In this document: positions 38,971 through 47,795 of the stretch, in pieces
Position numbering within the stretch: position 1 is the stretch's first letter
How the letters are laid out: each line of letters opens with the position of its first letter
IMG/VR virus record: IMGVR_UViG_3300028666_000022
Location: 248,001 to 312,000 of that record
Direction: 5' to 3' (one strand)
DNA length: 64,000 bases
Notes under the pieces: generated by a model
What the model was told of the DNA's origin: nothing
What the model saw: the letters and a program-made list of their open reading frames with translations, nothing else
The model's database searches: none
Translations under genes and position numbers: made by a program

Positions 38971-39149
38971 GATTCAAAGTAGGGGATATTGTTAAAATAT
39001 CCACAGACGAACATAAACTTATTATTCCTAAGGGAGAAAAGGTTGAGATATTGGCAGTAGATGAAGAAAGTCTTACACCTTATTTCGTACAGTCATTACA
39101 AGGTGATATTAAATTAGAAGTATGTAATCATAATTTACAATTTATTTAA
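38964..39149 (+). CDS. Small SH3/KOW-like barrel protein
   Basis: FKVGDIVKI...KGEKVEILAV. Confidence 0.45.
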   Translation: MLRFKVGDIVKISTDEHKLIIPKGEKVEILAVDEESLTPYFVQSLQGDIKLEVCNHNLQFI

Positions 39150-39150
39150 A

Positions 39151-39924
39151 ATGAAAAAATTTAAACATAAAATCAGCAATAATATTGCCATTGAAACAAA
39201 TTCTGGTAAGAATTACAGAGTTTCAAATCCTCAAAATTTCACTATTCCTAAATGGATTATCGAAAACAGTGAAGATTGGGAAGAAATCAAAGAAGAAAAA
39301 ATTTTTGAAATTTTAGAATTTGGTGATGGAATAAATAGATTTTATAAAAAATCTGATGGAGTTTTTACGATTAATTTACAATATTTATATGGCGAAAGTG
39401 ATTTACTAAATAATACCAATTATTTTATTACTAGAGTTAAAAGATTAAGAGATGATGTAATATTTGAACAAGGAAATAAAGTAAAATTCAATGGTGTTTG
39501 TTCTTATAAATTTTTTAAAATCGATAATTTTTATTTAAGAACACATGATAATATATTATTAGCTCGAAGCAAAGATAAATCAATTGTTGAAGACATATTA
39601 AGGATTGAAAAATTAAGGGAGCCGTTGTTTATAAGCGAAGATGCTGTTGAAATTTTTGAAAATGATTTTCCTTGGATTTTACATAATAATGAAATATATC
39701 AATGGGATGAAGGTAGAATGGAAATTGGGATATTCCCAACATATGATAAATCATTAAAATATTTCTCAACAAAAGAAGCTGCAGAAAAATATGTTGATGA
39801 TAATGAATTAAAGTTTAGTAAAAGACAAATATTAGATGCTTTTGAAAACAGTGGTGAAATTAGTACTTCTTCTTGGGGAATAGTATATACAAAACAAATG
39901 ATATTAAATAAATTAGGAATATGA
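39151..39924 (+). CDS. Hypothetical protein
   Basis: ORF track. Confidence 0.6.
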   Translation: MKKFKHKISNNIAIETNSGKNYRVSNPQNFTIPKWIIENSEDWEEIKEEKIFEILEFGDGINRFYKKSDGVFTINLQYLYGESDLLNNTNYFITRVKRLRDDVIFEQGNKVKFNGVCSYKFFKIDNFYLRTHDNILLARSKDKSIVEDILRIEKLREPLFISEDAVEIFENDFPWILHNNEIYQWDEGRMEIGIFPTYDKSLKYFSTKEAAEKYVDDNELKFSKRQILDAFENSGEISTSSWGIVYTKQMILNKLGI

Positions 39925-40181
39925 GTAAAATTTGTGAAAAAATAAAATATAAGACCGAAGGGCCTTATGGTAGTGTTGATGAAAAAACACTATATTGTGA
40001 AAGTAATGCTAGTATTGATGTTACTACATTTTTTTATGATGATGGAACACGAATATTTTCATTTGAAGATACATTAGATAATAATATTTTCGATAAAATG
40101 ATTGAAATTATTAAAAATTGGAAAGATAATCCTAATGTTGAAACCATGACAATAGAAGATTGTAATAAATGTGGAATATAA
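39921..40181 (+). CDS. Hypothetical protein
   Basis: ORF track. Confidence 0.55.
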   Translation: MSKICEKIKYKTEGPYGSVDEKTLYCESNASIDVTTFFYDDGTRIFSFEDTLDNNIFDKMIEIIKNWKDNPNVETMTIEDCNKCGI

Positions 40182-40452
40182 AATATATGAAATTATGAAT
40201 AAATTAAAAAATTTCTATGAAAATTATTTAGAATATTATTTTTTCGTATTCAAAATATATTTAAAACTATTTTTAATATCAGCATCAGGATTTTTTATTT
40301 TACAAGGAATAGCTTCATTTTTATTATTTTATGAACAAATATATTCAGAAGAAATAAATTTTAATAATTTAATGATTGGTCCTACTATTTTTGGAATTAT
40401 GATTTGTTTTATTTTTGGAATGCAAATACATCGTTATAATAAATTGAATTAA
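40171..40452 (+). CDS. Hypothetical two-TM membrane protein
   Basis: Two hydrophobic segments. Confidence 0.55.
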   Translation: MEYKIYEIMNKLKNFYENYLEYYFFVFKIYLKLFLISASGFFILQGIASFLLFYEQIYSEEINFNNLMIGPTIFGIMICFIFGMQIHRYNKLN

Positions 40453-43019
40453 TGATACACAAACCCACCAAAGAACAAGAAAAAATATTTACTTATATTG
40501 AAAAACGACCTGAAAATCTATTAATTGAAGCATACGCCGGAGCTGGGAAAAGTTCCACTGTTGTTGAAGCAGTTAGGTTATTACCTAAAGATAAGTCAAT
40601 AACATTTTTAGCTTTTAATAAACACATTCAAGAAGAATTAAAAACTAAATTACCTGAACATGTGAGGTGTTATACAACATATGGTTTAGGAAATGCAGCA
40701 ATTAAAAGAAAATATGGTGATAAGATAGTGTTCGATGAATTCAAAGCAGACAAAATAATTCAAAAGAAAGCTAAAAATTGGGATTTAAATAACGAATTTA
40801 AAAATGAAGAGAAAATAAATTATTATCTAAATAATATAAAAAAATTAGTTAATCTCTGTAGATTAACATTAACAGTAAAGCCAGATTACATACCGTTTTT
40901 AGCTGAAAGACATGATATCAATAATTTAAGTAAACCAAAAGATATTAAAAGAGTTCTAAAAGTACTAGATGAAATGACTATAGATAGAACTTCTTATGAT
41001 TATACCGATATGGTTTATTTACCAGCAGTTGATAATTCAATTTGGATGTTTCCTCAAGATTATGTAATCGTGGATGAATGTTTACCAAAAGAAACATATA
41101 TTTTAACAACAGAAGGTAAAATACAAATAAATTTATTGTGTACTAATTATAATAAAAATATAAAAATACCTAATGTTATTACATATAATGAAACTATAAA
41201 TAAATTTGAAGAAAAGAAAATAAATTGTGTTTGGTGTAATGGGATTAAGGATGTTTATTGTGTTAAATTAGGCACTAAAAGAAAATTGTATGCTACAGTT
41301 AATCATAAATTTTTAACATTAAATGGATGGAAAAGATTAGATGAACTAAAAATTGGAGATGCTATACTATCGAATTATCATAATCAACCATATCATTCGA
41401 TATTAAATAATATACAAAAAGAAATTTTTGTTGGTTCAATTCTTGGTGATGGACATTTATATAGTTTAAGTAAAAATATAGGAAGAATTAGTGTTATTCA
41501 TGGTGAAAAACAAAAGAAATATATTGAATGGAAAGGACAATTTTTTAATTCTAAAATAAATAAAATTGAAAAAAATGGTTATAGTCAAAAGGTTGCATAT
41601 ACTTTTCGAACATTAGGATATTATTTTGATTTAAATATCGAAGATAGTATAAAATCAATAACTCCACAATCATTAGCAATTGCTTGGATGGATGATGCTA
41701 ATTTAAGTAAATTTGAAAATTGTTCAAAATTATATTCATTGGCTACAACAAAAAACTATGTCCAATTATTAAATAAAACAATATTTAATAATTGGAATAT
41801 CGAATCTAGTGTTAGAACACAAAAAAGTTCATCAACAAAAAAAGAATATTATTATTTAGAATTTAATAAAAAAAATACCGAAAAAATATCTGAATTAATT
41901 TCACCGTATATTCATGAATCAATGAAATATAAAATTTTAAAAAAACATTATAATAATATTAATAATGAAAATTGGAATATTATTGATGATAAATACTCAA
42001 ATTTAGGTTGTATTGTTGTTACTGATGAATATAAATTTCATAAAACCGAAAAAACATATGACATGAGTGTTGAGGATAATCATAATTTTATTATTACTTC
42101 GAAAAAAGATAGTAAAAATAGAGGTGGAGCGAGTAATAATGGAATTGTTGCACATAATTGTCAGGATACTGGGTCAGCACAACAAAAAATAATTGAAAAA
42201 ATATTAAAAAAAGATAAATTAACTGGTAAAATTTTAGGTAGATTAATCTCGGTGGGTGATAAATTTCAAAACATATATGCATTTAATGGTAGTAGTGATA
42301 AATGTTTTGAATGGTTCAGAAATTTTCCTAATACAAAAGTTTTACCTCTTTCATATTCTTTTAGGTGCGCCAAAAACATCATTTTAAAAGCAAATGAAAT
42401 TGTACCAGATATTAAAGCATTGGATGATGCACCTGATGGTATTGTTAGAGATGGTGATGTATTAAGTGAAGCTCAGAGTGGTGATTTTGTTTTATGTAGA
42501 ACAACAATGCCATTGGTTAAATTATTTTTTCAATTCTTATTACAACATAAAAAAGCAATTATTAAAGGCAGTGATATTGGAGTGCATCTTATTGAATTAA
42601 TTGGTAAAATTAATAATATTAAACAATTAATTAGTTTTTGGGAAAAAGAATTAGATGATTATAGTAATGATTTAAAATCAAAAGGTATTTTAAATCCAGA
42701 TGAACATAGTGGTTACATTGCTTTAGCTGATAAAGTTTCAACATTATTATTTCTAGCTAAACTTTCAAATAGTATCGAAGATCTTAAAGATAAAATAAGA
42801 ACAATATTTAGTGATGAAATTGAGGGTATTGTGCTCAGTTCTATCCACAAAATCAAGGGGTTAGAGTCAAATAGAGTATTTATTGTTAGACCAGATTTAT
42901 TACCGTTAAAAACTGCAAGAGGATGGCAAAAAGATCAGGAAATGAATTTATCATATGTCTCAATAACGAGGGCCAAATTAGAATTAATTTATGATAGAGA
43001 ATGGTCAGATTTAAAATAA
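40452..43019 (+). CDS. SF1 (UvrD/Rep-like) helicase with intein
   Basis: AYAGAGKS, LAFNK, VIVDE|CQD, SVGD..Q.IYAF.G, LSYSFRC, SSIHKIKGLE, YVSITRAK. Confidence 0.92.
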   Translation: MIHKPTKEQEKIFTYIEKRPENLLIEAYAGAGKSSTVVEAVRLLPKDKSITFLAFNKHIQEELKTKLPEHVRCYTTYGLGNAAIKRKYGDKIVFDEFKADKIIQKKAKNWDLNNEFKNEEKINYYLNNIKKLVNLCRLTLTVKPDYIPFLAERHDINNLSKPKDIKRVLKVLDEMTIDRTSYDYTDMVYLPAVDNSIWMFPQDYVIVDECLPKETYILTTEGKIQINLLCTNYNKNIKIPNVITYNETINKFEEKKINCVWCNGIKDVYCVKLGTKRKLYATVNHKFLTLNGWKRLDELKIGDAILSNYHNQPYHSILNNIQKEIFVGSILGDGHLYSLSKNIGRISVIHGEKQKKYIEWKGQFFNSKINKIEKNGYSQKVAYTFRTLGYYFDLNIEDSIKSITPQSLAIAWMDDANLSKFENCSKLYSLATTKNYVQLLNKTIFNNWNIESSVRTQKSSSTKKEYYYLEFNKKNTEKISELISPYIHESMKYKILKKHYNNINNENWNIIDDKYSNLGCIVVTDEYKFHKTEKTYDMSVEDNHNFIITSKKDSKNRGGASNNGIVAHNCQDTGSAQQKIIEKILKKDKLTGKILGRLISVGDKFQNIYAFNGSSDKCFEWFRNFPNTKVLPLSYSFRCAKNIILKANEIVPDIKALDDAPDGIVRDGDVLSEAQSGDFVLCRTTMPLVKLFFQFLLQHKKAIIKGSDIGVHLIELIGKINNIKQLISFWEKELDDYSNDLKSKGILNPDEHSGYIALADKVSTLLFLAKLSNSIEDLKDKIRTIFSDEIEGIVLSSIHKIKGLESNRVFIVRPDLLPLKTARGWQKDQEMNLSYVSITRAKLELIYDREWSDLK
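41079..42158 (+). mobile_element. Intein (360 aa) with LAGLIDADG endonuclease, inserted in Walker B
   Basis: N-terminal CLPKETYILTTEG, GSILGDG / AWMDDA, YDMSVEDNHNF, GIVAHN followed by +1 Cys. Confidence 0.93.
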
Positions 43020-43031
43020 AAATATAATATT

Positions 43032-43307
43032 ATGGACTTAAGTAAATTTACGGAATTAGAACTACTTGATTTAAGATTTCAAGTAAGTCAAGAATTAGAA
43101 AACTATACGTGTAGAGATAAAAAAGAAGTGTTTAAAATCTTTATTGAATTCGATGGAACTGAGTATTTTATAAAGAAAGAAAATGCATATAAACGTCTTA
43201 ATGAATTAATTGAGATGGACATATTTTTCGATTCAGAAATAACTGTAGGTAAAAAGTTTTTAAATGATGCTGAAATTCAAAAGCATTGTAAAGATTATGA
43301 AGAATAA
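43032..43307 (+). CDS. Hypothetical protein
   Basis: ORF track. Confidence 0.55.
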   Translation: MDLSKFTELELLDLRFQVSQELENYTCRDKKEVFKIFIEFDGTEYFIKKENAYKRLNELIEMDIFFDSEITVGKKFLNDAEIQKHCKDYEE

Positions 43308-43370
43308 TTATTGTATTATTAAATAATTTAAGATATATATACTGAATATTTGAATTTAAAATAAAATTTT

Positions 43371-43916
43371 ATGACATGTATTATTGGTTATATTGATAGA
43401 ATTAATAATAAAGTAATACTTGGTGGGGATTCAGCAAGTATTACTAATAAACAAATTATGATAAGAAAAACACCCAAAGTATTTAAAAATGGTAATTTCA
43501 TATTTGGTTCTTCAGGTAGTATTAGATTAAGTCAATTATTGGAAAATTCATTTAAACCACCTAAAATAGAAATAGATACTATTCTTGAGTATATGTGTAT
43601 AACATTCGTTAATGAAATAAGAAATTGTTTAAGAGAAGGTGGCATATTAAATATTAATAATAATATCGAAACAATGGAAAATGATATTATTGTTGGATAT
43701 AAAAATAGATTATTTACAATATATTCAGATTTTACTGTTTTTGAAAATATAAATGATTTTATCTCAATTGGAAGTGGTTTAGAATATGCGTTAGGTTCAT
43801 TACATACTACAAAAGATGATAACATTACCATTGAAAATAAAATATTGTTAGCATTAGGAGCAGCATCTAAATATTGTACTGGAGTTTCTGAGCCATTTAA
43901 CTTAATTAGTACTTAA
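43371..43916 (+). CDS. HslV/proteasome-beta-like Ntn peptidase
   Basis: M-T-CII start, GGDS, K.F, GSSG..R, IGSG..YALG.L. Confidence 0.78.
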   Translation: MTCIIGYIDRINNKVILGGDSASITNKQIMIRKTPKVFKNGNFIFGSSGSIRLSQLLENSFKPPKIEIDTILEYMCITFVNEIRNCLREGGILNINNNIETMENDIIVGYKNRLFTIYSDFTVFENINDFISIGSGLEYALGSLHTTKDDNITIENKILLALGAASKYCTGVSEPFNLIST

Positions 43917-43926
43917 AAATATAATC

Positions 43927-44220
43927 ATGAAGTGGATAGTTAATATAGAGAATAAACCAAATCAAAGAATTGTTGTGAATTTCAATCCTTTGGAAGAACA
44001 ATTAATTTTTAATGGTGAATATAAACCCAAGAATAGAGAATGGATTGTATTTAGTACTGAAAAATATTCAATGAAGCTTGATTTAGAAAAAATCCAAGAA
44101 TTATTGTTTATAACATATGAGAATTTAAAAATACGCCTCGAACAATATGAGATTCTTAATGAAGGTTTTAAATTAATTAATTTAATTGAGATAAAAGAAG
44201 AGGAAGAAGAATTAGGATAA
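43927..44220 (+). CDS. Hypothetical protein
   Basis: ORF track. Confidence 0.6.
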   Translation: MKWIVNIENKPNQRIVVNFNPLEEQLIFNGEYKPKNREWIVFSTEKYSMKLDLEKIQELLFITYENLKIRLEQYEILNEGFKLINLIEIKEEEEELG

Positions 44221-44466
44221 TTTATAAAATTTATTCACTACTACAATATAATCGTTAACAAAAAAGAACTGAAAATTTTCAGTTCTATCTACAAGATGAG
44301 CGAAACGTATATTTTTGACATCAAAACTCATTTTATACATCGAAAATTTAGCTAAAAAATCTAATATTTCAAAAGCTAAATCTTCAATAATTATTTCATC
44401 TTCTTTAACACCAGTTGATTTAAGATAGTTAATTTGATCACTAATTACTGTTTCAAAATTTTTCAT
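44212..44466 (-). CDS. Hypothetical protein
   Basis: ORF track; last gene of the minus-strand cluster. Confidence 0.5.
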   Translation of the reverse strand: MKNFETVISDQINYLKSTGVKEDEIIIEDLAFEILDFLAKFSMYKMSFDVKNIRFAHLVDRTENFQFFFVNDYIVVVNKFYKLS

Positions 44467-44522
44467 ATAATTAATTTAAAATAAGGTTAATTATAATAAA
44501 ATGTTGATGAAACAAATATTAT

Positions 44523-44954
44523 TTAATCATCCTCGCCATCTTCTTTTGATTTTTTTGCTTTTAGTTCTTCGTTTTCTTTTATTAACATATCAACTTTTTC
44601 ATCATAAATAGCTTTAACCATTTTATGTGTTTCTTTATTTGTTTGACTTAATATATTAAAAGCATCCTCACCAATTTTCTCTCCAACTTCCCTTCTAATT
44701 TCTTTATGATCTTCAATATTCTCATCATGTTTTCTTTGAATTTCAGTTCTTATTTCCGCTTCAGTTTTTTCTCCAATTTTTTTTATTGAAGAAATATAAA
44801 AAATTAACAATGGAGTACCTAAACCAATTGCAAAAGAAGCAATTAATTTATTTGTTTCACTAGTAAATGTCATTAATATCGTAAATACAATATAACCTAA
44901 TATTGTGGAGGTTATAAGTATTGCAAGAAATGATCTTATAAATATTTTTAACAT
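44523..44954 (-). CDS. Two-TM membrane protein with charged coiled-coil tail (holin-like candidate)
   Basis: Two hydrophobic helices, then a highly charged C-terminus. Confidence 0.55.
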   Translation of the reverse strand: MLKIFIRSFLAILITSTILGYIVFTILMTFTSETNKLIASFAIGLGTPLLIFYISSIKKIGEKTEAEIRTEIQRKHDENIEDHKEIRREVGEKIGEDAFNILSQTNKETHKMVKAIYDEKVDMLIKENEELKAKKSKEDGEDD

Positions 44955-45388
44955 AAAAATCTTATTAATAGCAAAAAGTATAATGTTATTGATATTGCAA
45001 ATAAATATTTCAATTCAACTTTAGGAAAAAATCTAATTACAGTAAAATCAACTAAAATTATTAAAAATGACATTGAAAATAATTCAGTTAAATGCCTATT
45101 TGAACATATTTTATTATATTCTCCAAGTGGATGACTTGCTAAAAGAAATTGAAATAATAAATATTCAAAAATAAACATCATAAATCCAATAACAGCTAAT
45201 TTATTTAATGAATCATTTAGATAATATACTAAATATCCAGAAACAGTTAATAACATCGTATATAACAACACATAAAAAAAGCAGTTCCAAAACACACTAG
45301 GAACTGCTCTAGTTATGTAAGTTTCTATTAATGCTCCGAATAGAAATATAATATAAATTATACTGTGTTTTTTTAATTCGTTAAGCAT
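44948..45388 (-). CDS. Multi-pass (about 4-5 TM) membrane protein
   Basis: Hydrophobic throughout; starts 6 nt after the peptide ORF stop and overlaps the next gene. Confidence 0.65.
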   Translation of the reverse strand: MLNELKKHSIIYIIFLFGALIETYITRAVPSVFWNCFFYVLLYTMLLTVSGYLVYYLNDSLNKLAVIGFMMFIFEYLLFQFLLASHPLGEYNKICSNRHLTELFSMSFLIILVDFTVIRFFPKVELKYLFAISITLYFLLLIRFLC

Positions 45389-45394
45389 AGATAA

Positions 45395-45544
45395 CTATTT
45401 TGTTGGTTGTGGCGGTGGTGGAGGTTGTACTATACCATCCTTATTTTTTGATTTTGGTGGTTGTGGCGGTGGTGGGGGTTGTACTATACCTGCTTGAGCC
45501 TTTAAACCAAATAAATTTAGAATATAATTCCAGATTTTTTTCAT
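45395..45544 (-). CDS. Proline-rich tandem-repeat peptide (49 aa, below track cut-off)
   Basis: Hand translation MKKIWNYILNLFGLKAQA-GIVQPPPPPQPPK-SKNKD-GIVQPPPPPQPTK*. Confidence 0.7.
   Translation of the reverse strand: MKKIWNYILNLFGLKAQAGIVQPPPPPQPPKSKNKDGIVQPPPPPQPTK
45397..45490. repeat. 40-bp direct repeat, 38/40 identical (45397-45436 and 45451-45490)
   Basis: Direct reading; GC-rich against an AT-rich background. Confidence 0.9.
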
Positions 45545-45786
45545 TATTAATTGTTTTTTAAATAAAGTTATTTTGTAATTATTGAGATTGTATTTTCTCT
45601 ATAAATAAATAGTAAAAATAATCCTAAAGAGCAATGGTTAGATAAGATTTTTTTATAGAAATTAGATAATTATTTTAGTATGTTTAAAAACATTATAAAA
45701 AATTATAAAAATGTGGATTATTAGATAAGTGAAAGTGTGTTAATTACTTAAGATATGTTAGTGTATAATTATTTATGAATATGATT

Positions 45787-46194
45787 TTATTTATTTTTAA
45801 TAATATATGCTGTGTTATTATTGTTTTTTTCGTCAGCATCATCACCTAGCGCACCACTTGTATTATTAAGTGTTTTTATTGTTAATTTTTCTCTGTTAAT
45901 GGCATCTATCGAACTACTTAACGAACCTATTGATGTGTTTATTTTACCAAGTTCTTGATAAAATAACGTATTTTGACTCTTCTGATCTTCAAACATCTGT
46001 CTATAATTGTTTTCAGTTAAATTTATTTTTGGAACTACAACTAATTGATAAAATCCATAAAAAATACCTAAAATAGTACCAATTGTAAGAAGAAAACTTT
46101 TTACAGTGAAAACAATCTGAGTATTAGCACTAATCTTAAATCCTCCCTCTTCTTGCACATCATCACTAGATTTTGCTATAATTTTCTTTTTCAT
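45787..46194 (-). CDS. Single-TM protein with C-terminal coiled coil
   Basis: FLLTIGTILGIFYGFYQLVVVP then heptad-like region. Confidence 0.6.
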   Translation of the reverse strand: MKKKIIAKSSDDVQEEGGFKISANTQIVFTVKSFLLTIGTILGIFYGFYQLVVVPKINLTENNYRQMFEDQKSQNTLFYQELGKINTSIGSLSSSIDAINREKLTIKTLNNTSGALGDDADEKNNNNTAYIIKNK

Positions 46195-46221
46195 TATTCC
46201 TCTTTTTATCTCAAATTATTT

Positions 46222-46683
46222 TTAATTGTTTGAATTATATACACAATTTTCCCATTTTATTGTCACTTTTATTGACTCCATTGAAGTCTCGTACCAATAT
46301 ATTACTGTTGGTGTTACATCAATAACAGCAGTGAATCCATTAGGGAATTGTTCGTTAGTTACTTCAACATTATCTATGAATACCCTTGCATTTGATATCC
46401 ATGTTTTTACTGTTTTATTATAATATGTTGATTTACTGATTAGAATTAATTCGTACCTGTATTTAGGTAATTCTGAAAGGGTTTTTTGTTTTTGTTTAAA
46501 ATCTCGATGTGTTAATATTGTTTGTCTAGTTACATATGATGATATAGATACGTTGGTTTCATTCGAAATATCATGTCTCCATGTGCCATAATCTACATAT
46601 ATTTTCTTTTTACCATAAGACTGTGCCTCTGTAGAAAAACACGTAAATAATGTCGCTAAAATAAGAAATAATATAAATCTCAT
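46222..46683 (-). CDS. Secreted/periplasmic protein with signal peptide
   Basis: MRFILFLILATLFTCFSTEA-Q; late motif at 46701-10. Confidence 0.6.
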   Translation of the reverse strand: MRFILFLILATLFTCFSTEAQSYGKKKIYVDYGTWRHDISNETNVSISSYVTRQTILTHRDFKQKQKTLSELPKYRYELILISKSTYYNKTVKTWISNARVFIDNVEVTNEQFPNGFTAVIDVTPTVIYWYETSMESIKVTIKWENCVYNSNN

Positions 46684-46827
46684 GGCATTAATATTATATC
46701 TATAAATACTTTCGTAACGATAAAGAATATTAAATTTTATAAAAAATTAGAGAAAATAGTTTTATATGATTAATTATTTGAAAATCCAAGAGATTGGAGT
46801 AAATTTAAAAAAGATTTTAGACTTTAC

Positions 46828-46858
46828 TTGTAATTCTGGTAAAAATAAATTATATTTG
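46828..46858 (+). promoter_or_regulatory. Bacteroidota-sigma-type promoter
   Basis: TTG, 20-nt spacer, TATATTTG upstream of 46886. Confidence 0.65.
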
Positions 46859-46885
46859 TAGCATTATTTAATTAAAAACATAAAA

Positions 46886-47428
46886 ATGAAAAAACTTGAA
46901 ATTAGTACAGAATTAAGAAATGAAATTCTTCTTAAACATAAGAATGGAATTTCGATGCGTAAATTGGAAAAAGAATATCCATATTCATTTGCATTTATTC
47001 AGACGTTAATTAATTCTAGTGAACTGGAAGAAAAATTAAAAACAAATTATCCACAAAAAGAAGGATATTTAATATTTGCTGTTTGTAAAAAAACAAAAAA
47101 AGAATTTATTGACTATTGTAATGATTCAGGTATTATTACTAAGCATTTGTTTAAAACATACCCAAATGAAATTAAAGGAAGTAAATATACTAGAAAATCA
47201 AAAGAATATGAAACAGGCAAATTTTGGTTTGATAAATATTTTACTTTTGAATATAGATTAATTCGTGTTCGTGAAACAAAAAAATGTTTTTATTGTGATT
47301 GGACTACTCATGATTTAGATAATAAAGCAGGTACTTATCAAAGACATTTACAAAATGTTCATAATAAAACAATTTACGATTATCTTCGAGATAATTTCGA
47401 AGATATGTTTTATTTTAAAAATATGTAA
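46886..47428 (+). CDS. HTH + AVCKKT module + C2H2-like finger; probable N-terminal half of a split endonuclease
   Basis: GISMRKL HTH; AVCKKTKKEF...SGIITKHL...FWF; CFYC...HLQNVH; no nuclease motif. Confidence 0.6.
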   Translation: MKKLEISTELRNEILLKHKNGISMRKLEKEYPYSFAFIQTLINSSELEEKLKTNYPQKEGYLIFAVCKKTKKEFIDYCNDSGIITKHLFKTYPNEIKGSKYTRKSKEYETGKFWFDKYFTFEYRLIRVRETKKCFYCDWTTHDLDNKAGTYQRHLQNVHNKTIYDYLRDNFEDMFYFKNM

Positions 47429-47432
47429 AAAC

Positions 47433-47795
47433 ATGAAAGTTTTAATCAATTTAATTATTGAAAATTTAACAGATGACTTATTAAAAAATAAATATAAGTC
47501 ATCTGTTAATAAAAATAAATTTACTGGACATTGTTATGTTGCTACAGAAACATTATATCACTTACTTGATGATAATGAGAAAAAAAATTATATACCAGCA
47601 ATATTAAAAATTAATAATGATACCCATTGGTTTTTAAAAAATAAAATAACTGGTGAAATATTTGATATAACAAAAAATCAATTTAATTATAGTTTAGATT
47701 ATAGTAAATCAATAAATAAAGCTTTTTTAACAAAAAATCCATCAAAAAGAACATTAATATTAATAAATAGAATATATGAAAAAATTAATTTATAA
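47433..47795 (+). CDS. YunG-like (papain/transglutaminase-fold) protein
   Basis: GHCYVA...THWFL...G.IFDIT..QF Cys-His-Asp pattern; start moved to ATG 47433. Confidence 0.55.
   Translation: MKVLINLIIENLTDDLLKNKYKSSVNKNKFTGHCYVATETLYHLLDDNEKKNYIPAILKINNDTHWFLKNKITGEIFDITKNQFNYSLDYSKSINKAFLTKNPSKRTLILINRIYEKINL

Noticed and set aside
19136-44000. Shadow ORFs 19136-19369, 21259-21501, 22739-22927, 23286-23552, 24195-24422, 25603-25788, 31436-31645, 32491-32676, 32922-33110, 33720-33956, 35085-35267, 37247-37459, 37496-37729, 38822-39004, 42094-42282, 43532-43831
   Set aside because: Lie opposite or out of frame within supported genes; no motifs or independent start context.
45395-45544. Calling the Pro-rich peptide an o-spanin (Rz1-like)
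   Set aside because: It contains no cysteine, so it cannot be a lipoprotein.
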